Below, in pieces: positions 1-8,617 of a stretch of 51,289 nucleotides of DNA. The translations under genes and the position numbers were made by a program. The notes beneath the pieces are model-generated. The model made no database searches. It was not told where the DNA came from and was given only the letters and a program-made list of their open reading frames with translations. The stretch spans positions 1 through 51,289 of the forward strand of contig CAZWUN010000005.1 of the NCBI GenBank assembly GCA_964637145.1, given 5' to 3'. The DNA comes from an uncultured Burkholderiales bacterium. GTDB taxonomy: Bacteria; Vulcanimicrobiota; Xenobia; Xenobiales; QWHO01. Position 1 is the stretch's first letter. Every line of letters begins with the position of its first letter.

Positions 1-305
1 GGGCGGTGGCCTACCGGGGGATGGCGGCCACGGTGCGGGCCGACTATCTGCTGGCGGCCGAGCTGTTGACCCTGGCTCTGCTCTCGGCCGGGGCCATCGC
101 CACCGGGCTCTTACTGGCCAGCGCCCTGTGGCGGTTGAGGCCGCGCCCGCGGCTCAGCCGAGCAGCTTGCCCAGGAGGATGAGAAATCCCCACGGCCAGT
201 TCGACCGGCGAACTCATTAGCTCATTCCACCTCAGGGCATCACGACCACGGGCAGCAAGACCCCCTGGACCGCAAGCAGCCCGGCCAGAACGACCATTGT
301 GAGTC

Positions 306-566
306 TCAGAACGCCAGCAGACAAAGCAGGTCCGGCACGTGAGCCAGAACGTACAGGATCCACTTGACCACGATCCATATCCCGCGGGCTACGTAAGCGA
401 CGAACTCGAGGCGGGTGCTCGAACCGACCGGATCGGGTCCCAGGCTCAACAGCACCAGGAGAGGCGTGAGCACCAGGGCGAAGAGAAAGCTGAGCTTGAG
501 CCAGGCGACCAGGGCGGCGCATCCAAACAGGGCGCGCAGCAAGGTTTCCACGGGGCGAAACAGCAC
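306..566 (-). CDS. small membrane protein (86 aa), function unknown
   Basis: GTG start with GGAAGGAG Shine-Dalgarno about 8 nt upstream on the minus strand. Strong G/C bias at third codon positions. Two hydrophobic segments (ALVAWLKLSFLFALVLTPLLVLL and IWIVVKWILYVLA). No family recognised. Confidence 0.55.
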   Translation of the reverse strand: MLFRPVETLLRALFGCAALVAWLKLSFLFALVLTPLLVLLSLGPDPVGSSTRLEFVAYVARGIWIVVKWILYVLAHVPDLLCLLAF

Positions 567-684
567 GTTCTTGTCTCTCCTTCCGGGTTCTGTGAGATCC
601 TGCTCATTGTAAGCCGGCGGCTGCCCGCACCGAGCTCAAGCGCCAGAGCGGCGCTTGCCTGGCCAGGTCTCTCGCGGATTGGTT

Positions 685-717
685 GGTCTGTTTCAGACCC
701 GATGGTCTGTTTGGACC
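685..717. promoter_or_regulatory. two adjacent operator-like sites, GGTCTGTTTCAGACC and GGTCTGTTTGGACC, upstream of the Omp85-like gene
   Basis: The first site (685-699) is a perfect 6-3-6 palindrome. The second (704-717) repeats the same left half 19 nt downstream. Both lie in the 189-nt intergenic region before the ATG at 756. Confidence 0.2.
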
Positions 718-755
718 GAAGGGGACCGAGCCCCGGCCTTCGAAAGGGCGCGCCT

Positions 756-1964
756 ATGTGGTTCCTGGTGATTCTGCTCCTGCTGTCGCTACCGGCTCGG
801 GCCCAGTCGGACGATCCCGACATCCCCCGTGACGAGACTCGGCACTCCTCGGGCCGCGTGCGCCTGGGGGGCGAGGAGGGTTTCGGGGCAGGCACGGCCA
901 CCTCCGATCCGACCGCTCTGGAGGGGCCAAGCCGCATCGAGACCGTCCTGTTCAATTCCCGACGCTACACGAACGCCGACATCACGCTGCACTACCTGCA
1001 GGTTCTGGCTCCGGAACAGAGCCTGTTGATGGAGGTGCAGGGCGACCTGCGCTCGCTGGGGGCCGATTTCAGCTACAGCTTCAACGACAATCTGACCGTC
1101 AATCTGTTCGGCTCCTCGGCCCGCAATCCGGCCTTCGAGCAGGGGTTGCGTCGCGTCTACCTGGCCGATGGCGAGGAGCCCTTCGTGCGCGCTTACGGAG
1201 GCGGACTGGAATACTCCGATCAGCTTTCCGAGGAGTTCAGTTTTGCAGCCGCTTTGAACTATCAAAGCCTCACAGTCGGGAACAGCCTGCTCGGTCCGGT
1301 CGTGGTCCCCCCGGTCGATCAGCTTGGCAACCGGCTCACCTTCTCGCCCGGCGGCCGAGATGAGCTCTTGACCCTGAACTTCGTGGGCCAGCTCAACACG
1401 CTTGATCGCATGAATAATGCCACTTCGGGTTCGCGTCTTCGCTTTCAGCTCGAGCAAGCGATTCCGGTTGGGGACAGCCAGATCGGCTCCACCACGCTGG
1501 CTGCCAACTTTTCCCAGCTCATCCCAGCGCCCGGATTCGGCGAGCTGCCGAGCTATTTGCTCTTGAACCTGCAGGCGGGGACCATCGGCGGCGATGTCGC
1601 GCCCTATCGAGCCTTCAACCTGGGCGGCCCCAACTCGGTGCGGGGCTACCAGCTGGGCGGATTGGCCACCGCATCGTCTTTTGCGCTGGCCACGCTGGAG
1701 TACCGCGGCTCGCTGACCACTTTCGACCTGTTCGGCCACGAGTTGGAGATGAAGGGTGTGCTGTTCTTCGATTACGCTTCCGATCTGGGCACGGCCGACC
1801 AGGTGCTGGGCACACCCGGGCTGGCTCGCCAGAAGCCGGGCGAGGGGATCGGCTACGGGGCCGGGATCTACTTCTTCAGCGACGTGGGGCTGATTCGCCT
1901 GGAGACGGGCTGGAACCAGCACGGGCAGAACCAGCTTTTCGTCACGCTGGGGGATCGCTTTTGA
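756..1964 (+). CDS. Omp85/BamA-family outer-membrane beta-barrel protein (bacterial surface antigen D15 domain)
   Basis: In-frame ATG at 756 gives signal peptide MWFLVILLLLSLPARAQS. C-terminal half has LGGPNSVRGYQLG, alternating beta-strand pattern and a terminal aromatic (LGDRF-stop). The upstream part of the 339-1964 ORF overlaps the minus-strand gene 306-566 and is discarded. Confidence 0.8.
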   Translation: MWFLVILLLLSLPARAQSDDPDIPRDETRHSSGRVRLGGEEGFGAGTATSDPTALEGPSRIETVLFNSRRYTNADITLHYLQVLAPEQSLLMEVQGDLRSLGADFSYSFNDNLTVNLFGSSARNPAFEQGLRRVYLADGEEPFVRAYGGGLEYSDQLSEEFSFAAALNYQSLTVGNSLLGPVVVPPVDQLGNRLTFSPGGRDELLTLNFVGQLNTLDRMNNATSGSRLRFQLEQAIPVGDSQIGSTTLAANFSQLIPAPGFGELPSYLLLNLQAGTIGGDVAPYRAFNLGGPNSVRGYQLGGLATASSFALATLEYRGSLTTFDLFGHELEMKGVLFFDYASDLGTADQVLGTPGLARQKPGEGIGYGAGIYFFSDVGLIRLETGWNQHGQNQLFVTLGDRF

Positions 1965-1970
1965 GCAACT

Positions 1971-3752
1971 TTAGAGCTGCGACGAACTGACCGCTTCCGT
2001 TTGGGCCAGGAGCTCGGCCAGGTGCCGCAAGAGGATCTGGTTGTCCTCTTTCGAGCGCATTCCGATGCGCAGGTAGGAACGGCCGTCCGCGAGCTTTTCG
2101 CTCACGTCCTTGACCAGCAGTCCGCGTTCCAGAAGCCTGCCCTGCAGACTGGGTCCGCGCTGTCGGAGCAGGAGAAAGTTGCCGCCTCCCGGATAGACCT
2201 CTTCGACACCCGGAACCTTTGCCAGGGACAGCGCCAGTTCTGAGCGCTCGCGGGCCACCTGCTCGAAGGAGGCCTGCATGGATTCTCGGTGCTTGAGAAG
2301 AAGCTCCAGGAAGTGCTCGGCCAGGCTGCTCGAGTTCCAGATGGGGAGTCGATCAACCACAAACTTGCGCAAACGTGGGCAATCTGTGTAGAGAAAGCCC
2401 AACCGCAGGCCCGGGGCGCCCAGCGATTTGCCCAGGCTCTTGAGCACAGCTACGTTGGCGAGCGGACTCAGCTCAAGGAGCTCCACCATACCTGTCTGGC
2501 CGGAGAAGTCGAGAAACGACTCGTCCACCAGAAAGAAGCGGTCCGGACGTCTTTGACACAGGGCATAGAGCTCGCGGGTGTCGACCTGGCTGCCGGTGGG
2601 ATTGTTCGGGTTCACCACCACCGCCACCGAGGCCTGGTCGAGATCCGCCTCGATGTCATCGAGGTTGTATCCGACGCGGTCAGCGTAGCAAGGCCCCTTG
2701 AACCAGCGCGGGTACTCGCCAAAGGTCGGCCAAGGTTGGAGAACCTTCTTCCCCTTCCAAAATTCGCTCAGCCACGGAAAGGCTTGCGAGGCTCCGTTCA
2801 GCACGATGACCCGGTCCTGGTCGCAGTGCAACAGGTAGGAAAGCTTTCGATTCAGGGTTGTCTGGCTCGAGCCATAATGGCCGAGAATCGTCTGGAGGTG
2901 GGCCTGCAAGGCCGACCACAAGGCCGGGCTGGGAAAGTAGGGGTTGCGCAGGTAGCAAAAATCCAGCACGGGGTAATTCCAAAGCCCTCCGTGATCGCAT
3001 TGCACGGCTCGAGCCAGGCCCCCCGGCTCGAATCTGGCCCGGGCCAGGGTCAGATCGTTGGGATCGTCGATCTCCGCCCAGCACTCCTCGTGGACCACCT
3101 CGGCGTGAATCACCGCCGAACCCCGCTCGACGATCTTGTCGAGCAGGACTTCATAGCAGGAAGCGAGGTCGTGGTCGGAGTCGTCGGCCGCGAGCACCTG
3201 GCACAATTCGGCCGAGAGGCGATAAAGATTGAGGGTCTTGAAATGGGATGAGAGCACGATCTCGGGGAGCTGCTTATGGGAAGGGAGAAAGCGCCGGATC
3301 CGCTCGCCCTCCAGAGCCACGACCGTTCCATCCATTCCCACCCTGTAGGGGGCCACCAGGGCCACATTGGGATGGGGCGAGCGGTGCAACCGCTGAAACA
3401 CCGTCTCCGAGAAGATCAGGTCGGACTCGATCAAAGCCACCGGATGGTCGAGGGGAATCGCCCGCAGAGCCAGGACGAGGGAAGTGAGGTTGCCGGTCTC
3501 CTGGAAGCGGCCATTCTCCACGACTCGCACGCGCGGATGCCCACGTAACAGGCTCTCTACTTGATTGGCCCGGTAGCCGGTCACCACCACGACCTCCTCG
3601 AAGTCGACGAGACTTGCGAGGATGCGCTCGATCAGACTTTGCCCTCCCACCACGAGCTCGGTCTTGTGTTGCCGGTCGGTCAGGGGACGCAAGCGCGTCC
3701 CTCTCCCGGCGGCCAGGATGATGGCCCTCATGCTCCAGGGGTTCACGGCCAC
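1971..3752 (-). CDS. bifunctional LicC/PntC-like nucleotidyltransferase (N-terminal) and class I/II PLP aminotransferase (C-terminal); resembles the phosphonate cytidylyltransferase-AEP transaminase fusion type
   Basis: N-terminus AIILAAGRGTRLRPLT (GxGxR loop) and WAEIDDPNDL, as in LicC-type cytidylyltransferases. C-terminal half has the NPNNPTG substrate loop and a PLP-lysine context LKSLGKSLGAPGLRLGF. Divergent from a LicD gene and close to pepM. Confidence 0.85.
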   Translation of the reverse strand: MAVNPWSMRAIILAAGRGTRLRPLTDRQHKTELVVGGQSLIERILASLVDFEEVVVVTGYRANQVESLLRGHPRVRVVENGRFQETGNLTSLVLALRAIPLDHPVALIESDLIFSETVFQRLHRSPHPNVALVAPYRVGMDGTVVALEGERIRRFLPSHKQLPEIVLSSHFKTLNLYRLSAELCQVLAADDSDHDLASCYEVLLDKIVERGSAVIHAEVVHEECWAEIDDPNDLTLARARFEPGGLARAVQCDHGGLWNYPVLDFCYLRNPYFPSPALWSALQAHLQTILGHYGSSQTTLNRKLSYLLHCDQDRVIVLNGASQAFPWLSEFWKGKKVLQPWPTFGEYPRWFKGPCYADRVGYNLDDIEADLDQASVAVVVNPNNPTGSQVDTRELYALCQRRPDRFFLVDESFLDFSGQTGMVELLELSPLANVAVLKSLGKSLGAPGLRLGFLYTDCPRLRKFVVDRLPIWNSSSLAEHFLELLLKHRESMQASFEQVARERSELALSLAKVPGVEEVYPGGGNFLLLRQRGPSLQGRLLERGLLVKDVSEKLADGRSYLRIGMRSKEDNQILLRHLAELLAQTEAVSSSQL

Positions 3753-3777
3753 GTGTCAGAACTCTTGCTCTCTGAAA

Positions 3778-4485
3778 ATGCTCTGTCCCGTCACCATGCG
3801 ACCGGTTCGGCCCGGCGCTTCCTACCGGGTGGCCGGTTGCGAGCGGCGCGTTCCCGGACACCTGGTTTTTTCCCGCCCGGCCTTTTTCACGCGTGCCCGG
3901 GTCCTGGATGAGCTGGCTCGACTGCTCGAGCTGGCGGGGAGGCGGCTGGACAAGGCCGGGATTTGCTGGTGGGTTACCCAGGGCACGCTGGTCGGGGCCA
4001 TGCGCCACCAGGGATTCATCCCCTGGGACCACGACGCCGACTTGAACCTGAAGCTCGAGCAGCTCCCGATGCTCCTCGAGCTACAGGCTGAGTTCGGACG
4101 CTCCGGGCTCAGGCTGAAGAAGGCCGCCGGGGGCTACAAGCTCGGCTATGACCGATGGCCTCTGTTTCCCTACCTCGACCTGGTGCCCGTGGCCCGCCGC
4201 CAATCCACCTGGCAGCTGGCCTTCCCCCTGGACGAGGCCGGCCTGCCGACCTTCGGCAAGCACCTTCAGTGGCCCCAGGAGGCCATCCGGGAGCAAGACC
4301 TCTTTCCTCTCGAGCTCGTGCCCTTCGAGGGGTTCGAGGTCTGGGTGCCTGCCCGGGCCCGCGAGGTCGCCCGGCAGATGTACGGGCCCGACTGCCTGGA
4401 GGTCGGTCGCTGCGCACGGTTCCCGTGGCTGGTCAACCACTACTGGGACGCTGTGTTGTTTGCTCTGGGGCTGACGGGAGGCTGA
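3778..4485 (+). CDS. LicD-family phospho(no)transferase
   Basis: Motif WWVTQGTLVGAMRHQGFIPWDHDADLNL matches the LicD signature (GTLLGAxRHxGFIPWDDDxD). Start chosen as the first ATG after the divergent gene start (3778); ATG 3796 is an alternative. Confidence 0.8.
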   Translation: MLCPVTMRPVRPGASYRVAGCERRVPGHLVFSRPAFFTRARVLDELARLLELAGRRLDKAGICWWVTQGTLVGAMRHQGFIPWDHDADLNLKLEQLPMLLELQAEFGRSGLRLKKAAGGYKLGYDRWPLFPYLDLVPVARRQSTWQLAFPLDEAGLPTFGKHLQWPQEAIREQDLFPLELVPFEGFEVWVPARAREVARQMYGPDCLEVGRCARFPWLVNHYWDAVLFALGLTGG

Positions 4486-4488
4486 GAA

Positions 4489-5388
4489 GTGCACGAGCTG
4501 GTCTACACCTGGGTGGATGGCACCGCCGAGGGCTACGCAGAACTCTGTCGCCGTTTTGCCACCAGCCCCGACGACCTCAACCCGGAGCGTTTTCGCGATC
4601 CCTACGAGTTGCTGCGTTACAGCCTGCGTTCAGTGGAGCGCTACCTGCCCTGGATTGAAAGGGTCTTGCTCTTCACCTGCCGGCCCCATGTTCCTCGATG
4701 GCTTTCCTCCGAGGTGACCGTCGTCCACCACGATCAGGTGATCGACCCGCGCTTCTTGCCGACCTTCAACCCCAATGCCATCGAGAGCCACCTGCACCTC
4801 CTTCCCTTCCGAGAGCAGGTCTTTCTCTATGCCAACGACGACTTTCTGTTTGCCGGTCCGGTGGCCCGAGAGGACTTTTTGACGGCTGCAGGACGGTTGC
4901 GAGTGTATGGCACCCTTTTCGGGGAGCGACTGGCCGGCCGGGTCCGGGATCGAACCCAGATTCCCTCCTTTGGCTTCCTGGAGCACACCCCCTATCCGAT
5001 CGACCGCCAACTGTGGACCCAGATGCTGGAGCATTTCGCGAGGGAGGTCGAGGCAACTCGACGGAGCCGCTTCCGCTGCGTGGAGGATCTGAGGATGGAT
5101 CGCCTCTGGCGTCACTATCTCCTGAGCCGTCATCGTTCTCGTTGCTCGCTGGTTTCCGGTTGGGAGGTGGTGCGCGGAGCCGCTTTCCTCAAGCTGCACA
5201 ATCGGGCCCTCCGGCTTCGCAGACAACTGGCCGACGTCCGCAAGCGCTTTCTCTGCTTGAACGACGACCAGGGTCCCGAGCCTGAGCCGGAGGCTGCAAT
5301 CGCGGTCAGGGAGTTCCTCGAGAGGGCCTATCCGCATCCTTCGAGATGGGAGAAGACAGCCATCGGCCGCGAAAATGACGGATCATGA
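4489..5388 (+). CDS. Stealth-family hexose-1-phosphotransferase (capsule/glycan phosphotransferase)
   Basis: Stealth conserved regions are visible: CR1 VYTWVDG, CR2 LRYSLRSVERYLPW, CR3 FNPNAIESHLHLLP...FLYANDDFLF. GTG start lies 3 nt after the LicD stop. Confidence 0.8.
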   Translation: MHELVYTWVDGTAEGYAELCRRFATSPDDLNPERFRDPYELLRYSLRSVERYLPWIERVLLFTCRPHVPRWLSSEVTVVHHDQVIDPRFLPTFNPNAIESHLHLLPFREQVFLYANDDFLFAGPVAREDFLTAAGRLRVYGTLFGERLAGRVRDRTQIPSFGFLEHTPYPIDRQLWTQMLEHFAREVEATRRSRFRCVEDLRMDRLWRHYLLSRHRSRCSLVSGWEVVRGAAFLKLHNRALRLRRQLADVRKRFLCLNDDQGPEPEPEAAIAVREFLERAYPHPSRWEKTAIGRENDGS

Positions 5389-6268
5389 TGGTGTTGGAAC
5401 GCCTCTCCGGGTTGCCCTGGCCAGAGTTTACCCTTCCCAGGGAGGTGCGGCGGTAGAGGCCCGTCAGCCCCGGATGCTGGGTCGGAAAGCGCGCGAAGGG
5501 CTCCACCCAGCGCTCCGAGCGACAGTGGGCCGAGAGCCAGACGTCGTCGACAAAGTAGGCAGCGCGGGGAGCCGTGCTGTAGTCGTGCACCTCCGGACCG
5601 AAATAGCCCGGCTCGACTCGATAGCCCGAAAATCCCTGCAATACATCGATCCTGACCGGCCGTCGCAGGCGGCTACACTTGAGCGGTGTGGGCGGAAGGC
5701 CCGCCAGGTTGCTCCACAGCGTGGTGGGCCGGTCGGTCAGGTCGCCAGGGACCCGCCACCCACTCAGCCCGGTGGCTCGAGTCTTGCAGCCCTCCAGATG
5801 GGCCAGAAAACCGGGCGGGTAGAGCCGATCATCGTCCACCACCACCAGCGGCGTACGCTCGGGGAGATCGAGGGCCGGCAGGAGTTTGGTGGCCGGTCCC
5901 AGGTCAGAGCAGCGCACCAGCTCGACCGAGCGCAGGCGGGCCAGCCACTCCGGGATTCGATAGGAGGTTGCTTCGCGGCGGCTGTGCTCGGGCAGGTGCA
6001 GACGAATGCGCGCTGGCAGTGGATGTTGCGTCAGCAGGCTTCGCAAAGTCCAGTGCAGGTGGGGCAGCCGACTGGGGAGGGAGGTGAGGCAGATGGTGAG
6101 GTCGCCTTTACCAGCCTGTGCCCAGTTCCGGTCAAGCTGTTCGAGGTCGCAACGAGCCAGGCGGGCCAGGTCGAGCAGGTCTCGGATCAGGTCGCCTCCG
6201 GAGAGATGATTGCAGGTCGCCAGGCCGGCCCAGCCGGCCAGGGCGAACGCGGCTAAGCTGCGTTCCAT
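5306..6268 (-). CDS. putative GT-A fold glycosyltransferase
   Basis: Internal ATG at 6268 (MERSLAAF...) avoids overlap with pepM. Motifs [23 protein letters not shown] and [13 protein letters not shown] (DxD-type) are typical of small capsule/LPS glycosyltransferases. The 3' tail overlaps the convergent Stealth gene by 83 nt. Confidence 0.65.
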   Translation of the reverse strand: MERSLAAFALAGWAGLATCNHLSGGDLIRDLLDLARLARCDLEQLDRNWAQAGKGDLTICLTSLPSRLPHLHWTLRSLLTQHPLPARIRLHLPEHSRREATSYRIPEWLARLRSVELVRCSDLGPATKLLPALDLPERTPLVVVDDDRLYPPGFLAHLEGCKTRATGLSGWRVPGDLTDRPTTLWSNLAGLPPTPLKCSRLRRPVRIDVLQGFSGYRVEPGYFGPEVHDYSTAPRAAYFVDDVWLSAHCRSERWVEPFARFPTQHPGLTGLYRRTSLGRVNSGQGNPERRSNTIMIRHFRGRWLSSPISKDADRPSRGTP

Positions 6269-6320
6269 CCGCCCGAGCTTCGGGGCCAGGAGATCTGGTC
6301 CTGGCGCCAAACACCCCGCC

Positions 6321-7895
6321 GTGACCAGGGCACGGAGGTTGCGGCAGATGCTGTCCGGGGGGGGACTGGAGTTCCTGCTGGAAGCCCACAACGCCCTCTC
6401 GGCTCGCATTGCCGAGCAAGCCGGATTTTCCGGCATCTGGGCCAGCGGTCTCACCATGTCGGCCCAGTTCGGGGTGCGGGACTCGAACGAGGCCAGTTGG
6501 AGCCAGGTGGTGGACGCGCTCGAGTTCATGACGGACGCGACCAGTGTGCCGATTCTGCTCGATGGCGATACCGGCTACGGCAACTTCAACAACCTGCGCC
6601 GCCTGGTGAAGAAGCTCGAGCAACGCTCCGTGGCAGGTGTGTGCATCGAGGACAAGCTCTTTCCCAAGTGCAACAGCTTTCTGGGCGAGCGCCAGCCGCT
6701 CTGCGATCTGGAAGAGTTTTGCGGCAAGATCAAAGCCGGCAAGGAAAGCCAGAGCGACCCCGACTTCTGCCTGGTGGCGAGGGTGGAAGCGCTGGTGGCC
6801 GGCCACAGCCTGAGCGAGGCATTGCGGCGAGCTGAAGCCTACCGCCAGGCGGGGGCCGATGCCATCTTGATCCATTCGCGCCGCAGCCAGCCCGATGAGG
6901 TGCTTGCTTTTGCCCGCGAGTGGGCCGGCCGCGGGCCGCTGGTGCTCGTGCCCACCAGCTACTTCAGTACCCCCGCGGAAGTGTTTCGCCGGGCGAACGT
7001 GCAGCTGGTGATCTGGGCCAATCACTTGCTGCGGGCCTCCATCGCGGCCATGCAGTCGGTGGCTCGCCGCCTTAAGGAACAGGAGAGTCCCGTCCAGGTG
7101 GAGGATGAGATCGCCCCGCTGGCTGAAGTGTTCCGACTGCAGGGCGCTGACGAGCTGATGGCCGCCGAGCAGCTCTATCAGGGGCGCTCTCTGGGAGCCG
7201 TCGTGCTGGCCGCCACTCGAGGGGACTTGAACGGACTGACCTGCCACCGCCCCAAAGGGATGATCCCGATCGCCGGCAAGCCCCTCCTGAGCTGGACGGT
7301 GGACTCGCTCAAGGCCCTGGGCGTTCATCCCATCACGGTGGTGGCCGGCTGGCAGGCCGAAGCCGTCGATCTCCCCGGAGTCGAGCGGGTGGTGAACGAC
7401 CAGTACGAGTCCTGCGGGGAGCTGGGCTCGTTGGCTAGCGCCGCGGATGCCCTGCAGGGCGACGTCCTGGTTCTCTATGGCGATCTGTTGATGCGTGGCT
7501 ACATTCTGCGCGAGCTGGCCGAGAGCGAGGCCGAGGTGACGGTGGTGGTCGACTCCGACCTGGGGGGACGCCGCAAGACCGGGCAGCAGGACTTCGCCCG
7601 CTGCGATCAGGGCGATGACCGGGCCGTGTTTCAGCCCCGTGTGGCCCTGGTCGGCATTTCCCAGCTCCCTGAGGGTGCCCACGGGCGCTTTATCGGGGCG
7701 GCTCGCTTTCGAGGGGAGGGCGTGAGCTGGCTGCGCCAGGCTCTGGCTGAACTTCCCCACCAGCAGAGCGTGCCCGATCTGTTGAATTATCTGGTCGCTC
7801 GGGGCTACCCCGTGCGAGTTCTCTATATTCACGGCCATTGGGTGGATGTCAATACGGTCGAAGATCTCCCTTCGGCAGGTAGCTTCATCGCGTGA
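6321..7895 (+). CDS. pepM: phosphoenolpyruvate mutase (PepM) fused to a C-terminal nucleotidyltransferase-like domain
   Basis: PepM hallmarks: [35 protein letters not shown] and the diagnostic [11 protein letters not shown]. The C-terminal ~230 aa has a nucleotidyltransferase fold pattern ([30 protein letters not shown]). Start is GTG 6321 or ATG 6348; upstream ORF codons overlap the divergent gene. Confidence 0.9.
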   Translation: MTRARRLRQMLSGGGLEFLLEAHNALSARIAEQAGFSGIWASGLTMSAQFGVRDSNEASWSQVVDALEFMTDATSVPILLDGDTGYGNFNNLRRLVKKLEQRSVAGVCIEDKLFPKCNSFLGERQPLCDLEEFCGKIKAGKESQSDPDFCLVARVEALVAGHSLSEALRRAEAYRQAGADAILIHSRRSQPDEVLAFAREWAGRGPLVLVPTSYFSTPAEVFRRANVQLVIWANHLLRASIAAMQSVARRLKEQESPVQVEDEIAPLAEVFRLQGADELMAAEQLYQGRSLGAVVLAATRGDLNGLTCHRPKGMIPIAGKPLLSWTVDSLKALGVHPITVVAGWQAEAVDLPGVERVVNDQYESCGELGSLASAADALQGDVLVLYGDLLMRGYILRELAESEAEVTVVVDSDLGGRRKTGQQDFARCDQGDDRAVFQPRVALVGISQLPEGAHGRFIGAARFRGEGVSWLRQALAELPHQQSVPDLLNYLVARGYPVRVLYIHGHWVDVNTVEDLPSAGSFIA

Positions 7896-8085
7896 AATAG
7901 GCCTTCGGCCAGAGGCGGAAGCCCGTCCGTCCGGTTGGATGAGGCGACGCGGGCCCCAGGTGAAGGTCGCCCTCGAGGCTCATTCAGTAACAGTCGAGGA
8001 GAAACTCTTCCTCTCCCAGAACCGGTTCGTACGGCATGCGAAGTGATCACTCGGTGGCCCGCGACCCGTCTCGCAGACCCAATCC

Positions 8086-8617
8086 ATGAGGTTTTCGATC
8101 CTTATCTGCTCACTCGAGCATCGCCAGGCGCTACTCGAGCGCCTTCTGGCGTGTTTGCCCGCAGAGCCCGGAGTGGAGGTTCTGGTTGGGTGGGAGAGAA
8201 GCGTAACAGGTTGCTCGAGCGCTCGACAGGAGACTGGGTGGCCTTCGTAGACGATGACGACCGTGTGGCCCCGGATTACGTTTCGCGCATCCTGAAAGCT
8301 CTAGAGCAGGCGCCTGACTGTGTGGGAATCGAGGGGGTCAGACCACGAACGGTCGAGGCCCTCGACGTTTTGTGCACTCCATGCAGTACCTGGATTGGTT
8401 TGAGCGCGATGGGGTATATTACCGCTGCCCCAATCACCTCAACCCGGTGCGCCGCTCTCTCGCGATTCGGGCGGGGTTTCCGGCCAGGTCGTTCAGGGAG
8501 GACCTCGACTACTCCCTGGCGCTCCGGCCACTGCTTAGGAGCGAGGTCTTTCTGGAAGGACCGGTCTACTTCTATGAATTCTGCGCCAAGAAGCGCGGAA
8601 TCTTTGGCCTGTGGTGA
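8086..8617 (+). pseudogene. family-2-type glycosyltransferase disrupted by two frameshifts
   Basis: Three consecutive frames each carry one collinear piece of a small GT2. MRFSILICSLEHRQALLERLLACLPAEPGVEVLV starts at ATG 8086 (stop at about 8250). VGEKRNRLLERSTGDWVAFVDDDDRVAPDYVSRILKALEQAPDCVGIEG is in the 7935 frame. QTTNGRGPRRFVHSMQYLDWFERDGVYYRCPNHLNPVRR... runs to stop 8617 in the 8372 frame. Shifts are near 8190-8200 and at the G5 run near 8333-8337. Confidence 0.6.

Noticed and set aside
3-182. Possible 3' end of a plus-strand CDS entering from the left edge (…LLAAELLTLALLSAGAIATGLLLASALWRLRPRPR, stop at 180-182).
   Set aside because: Only about 59 codons with no recognisable family. 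G/C-rich third positions and one hydrophobic helix are suggestive but not enough to annotate.
339-755. N-terminal 139 codons of the 339-1964 ORF.
   Set aside because: Arg/Gly/Gln-rich low-complexity translation that overlaps a better-supported minus-strand gene (306-566). A clean signal peptide begins at the internal ATG 756.
5306-5388. 83-nt convergent overlap between the Stealth gene and the minus-strand glycosyltransferase.
   Set aside because: Both overlapping tails lie beyond the recognisable conserved parts of the proteins. This is probably just late stop codons in GC-rich DNA, not a regulatory feature I can support.
6132-7838. 568-aa minus-strand ORF antisense to pepM.
   Set aside because: A typical high-GC shadow ORF: Arg/Gly/Ala/Pro/His-rich with no motifs. 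The plus frame carries unmistakable PepM motifs.
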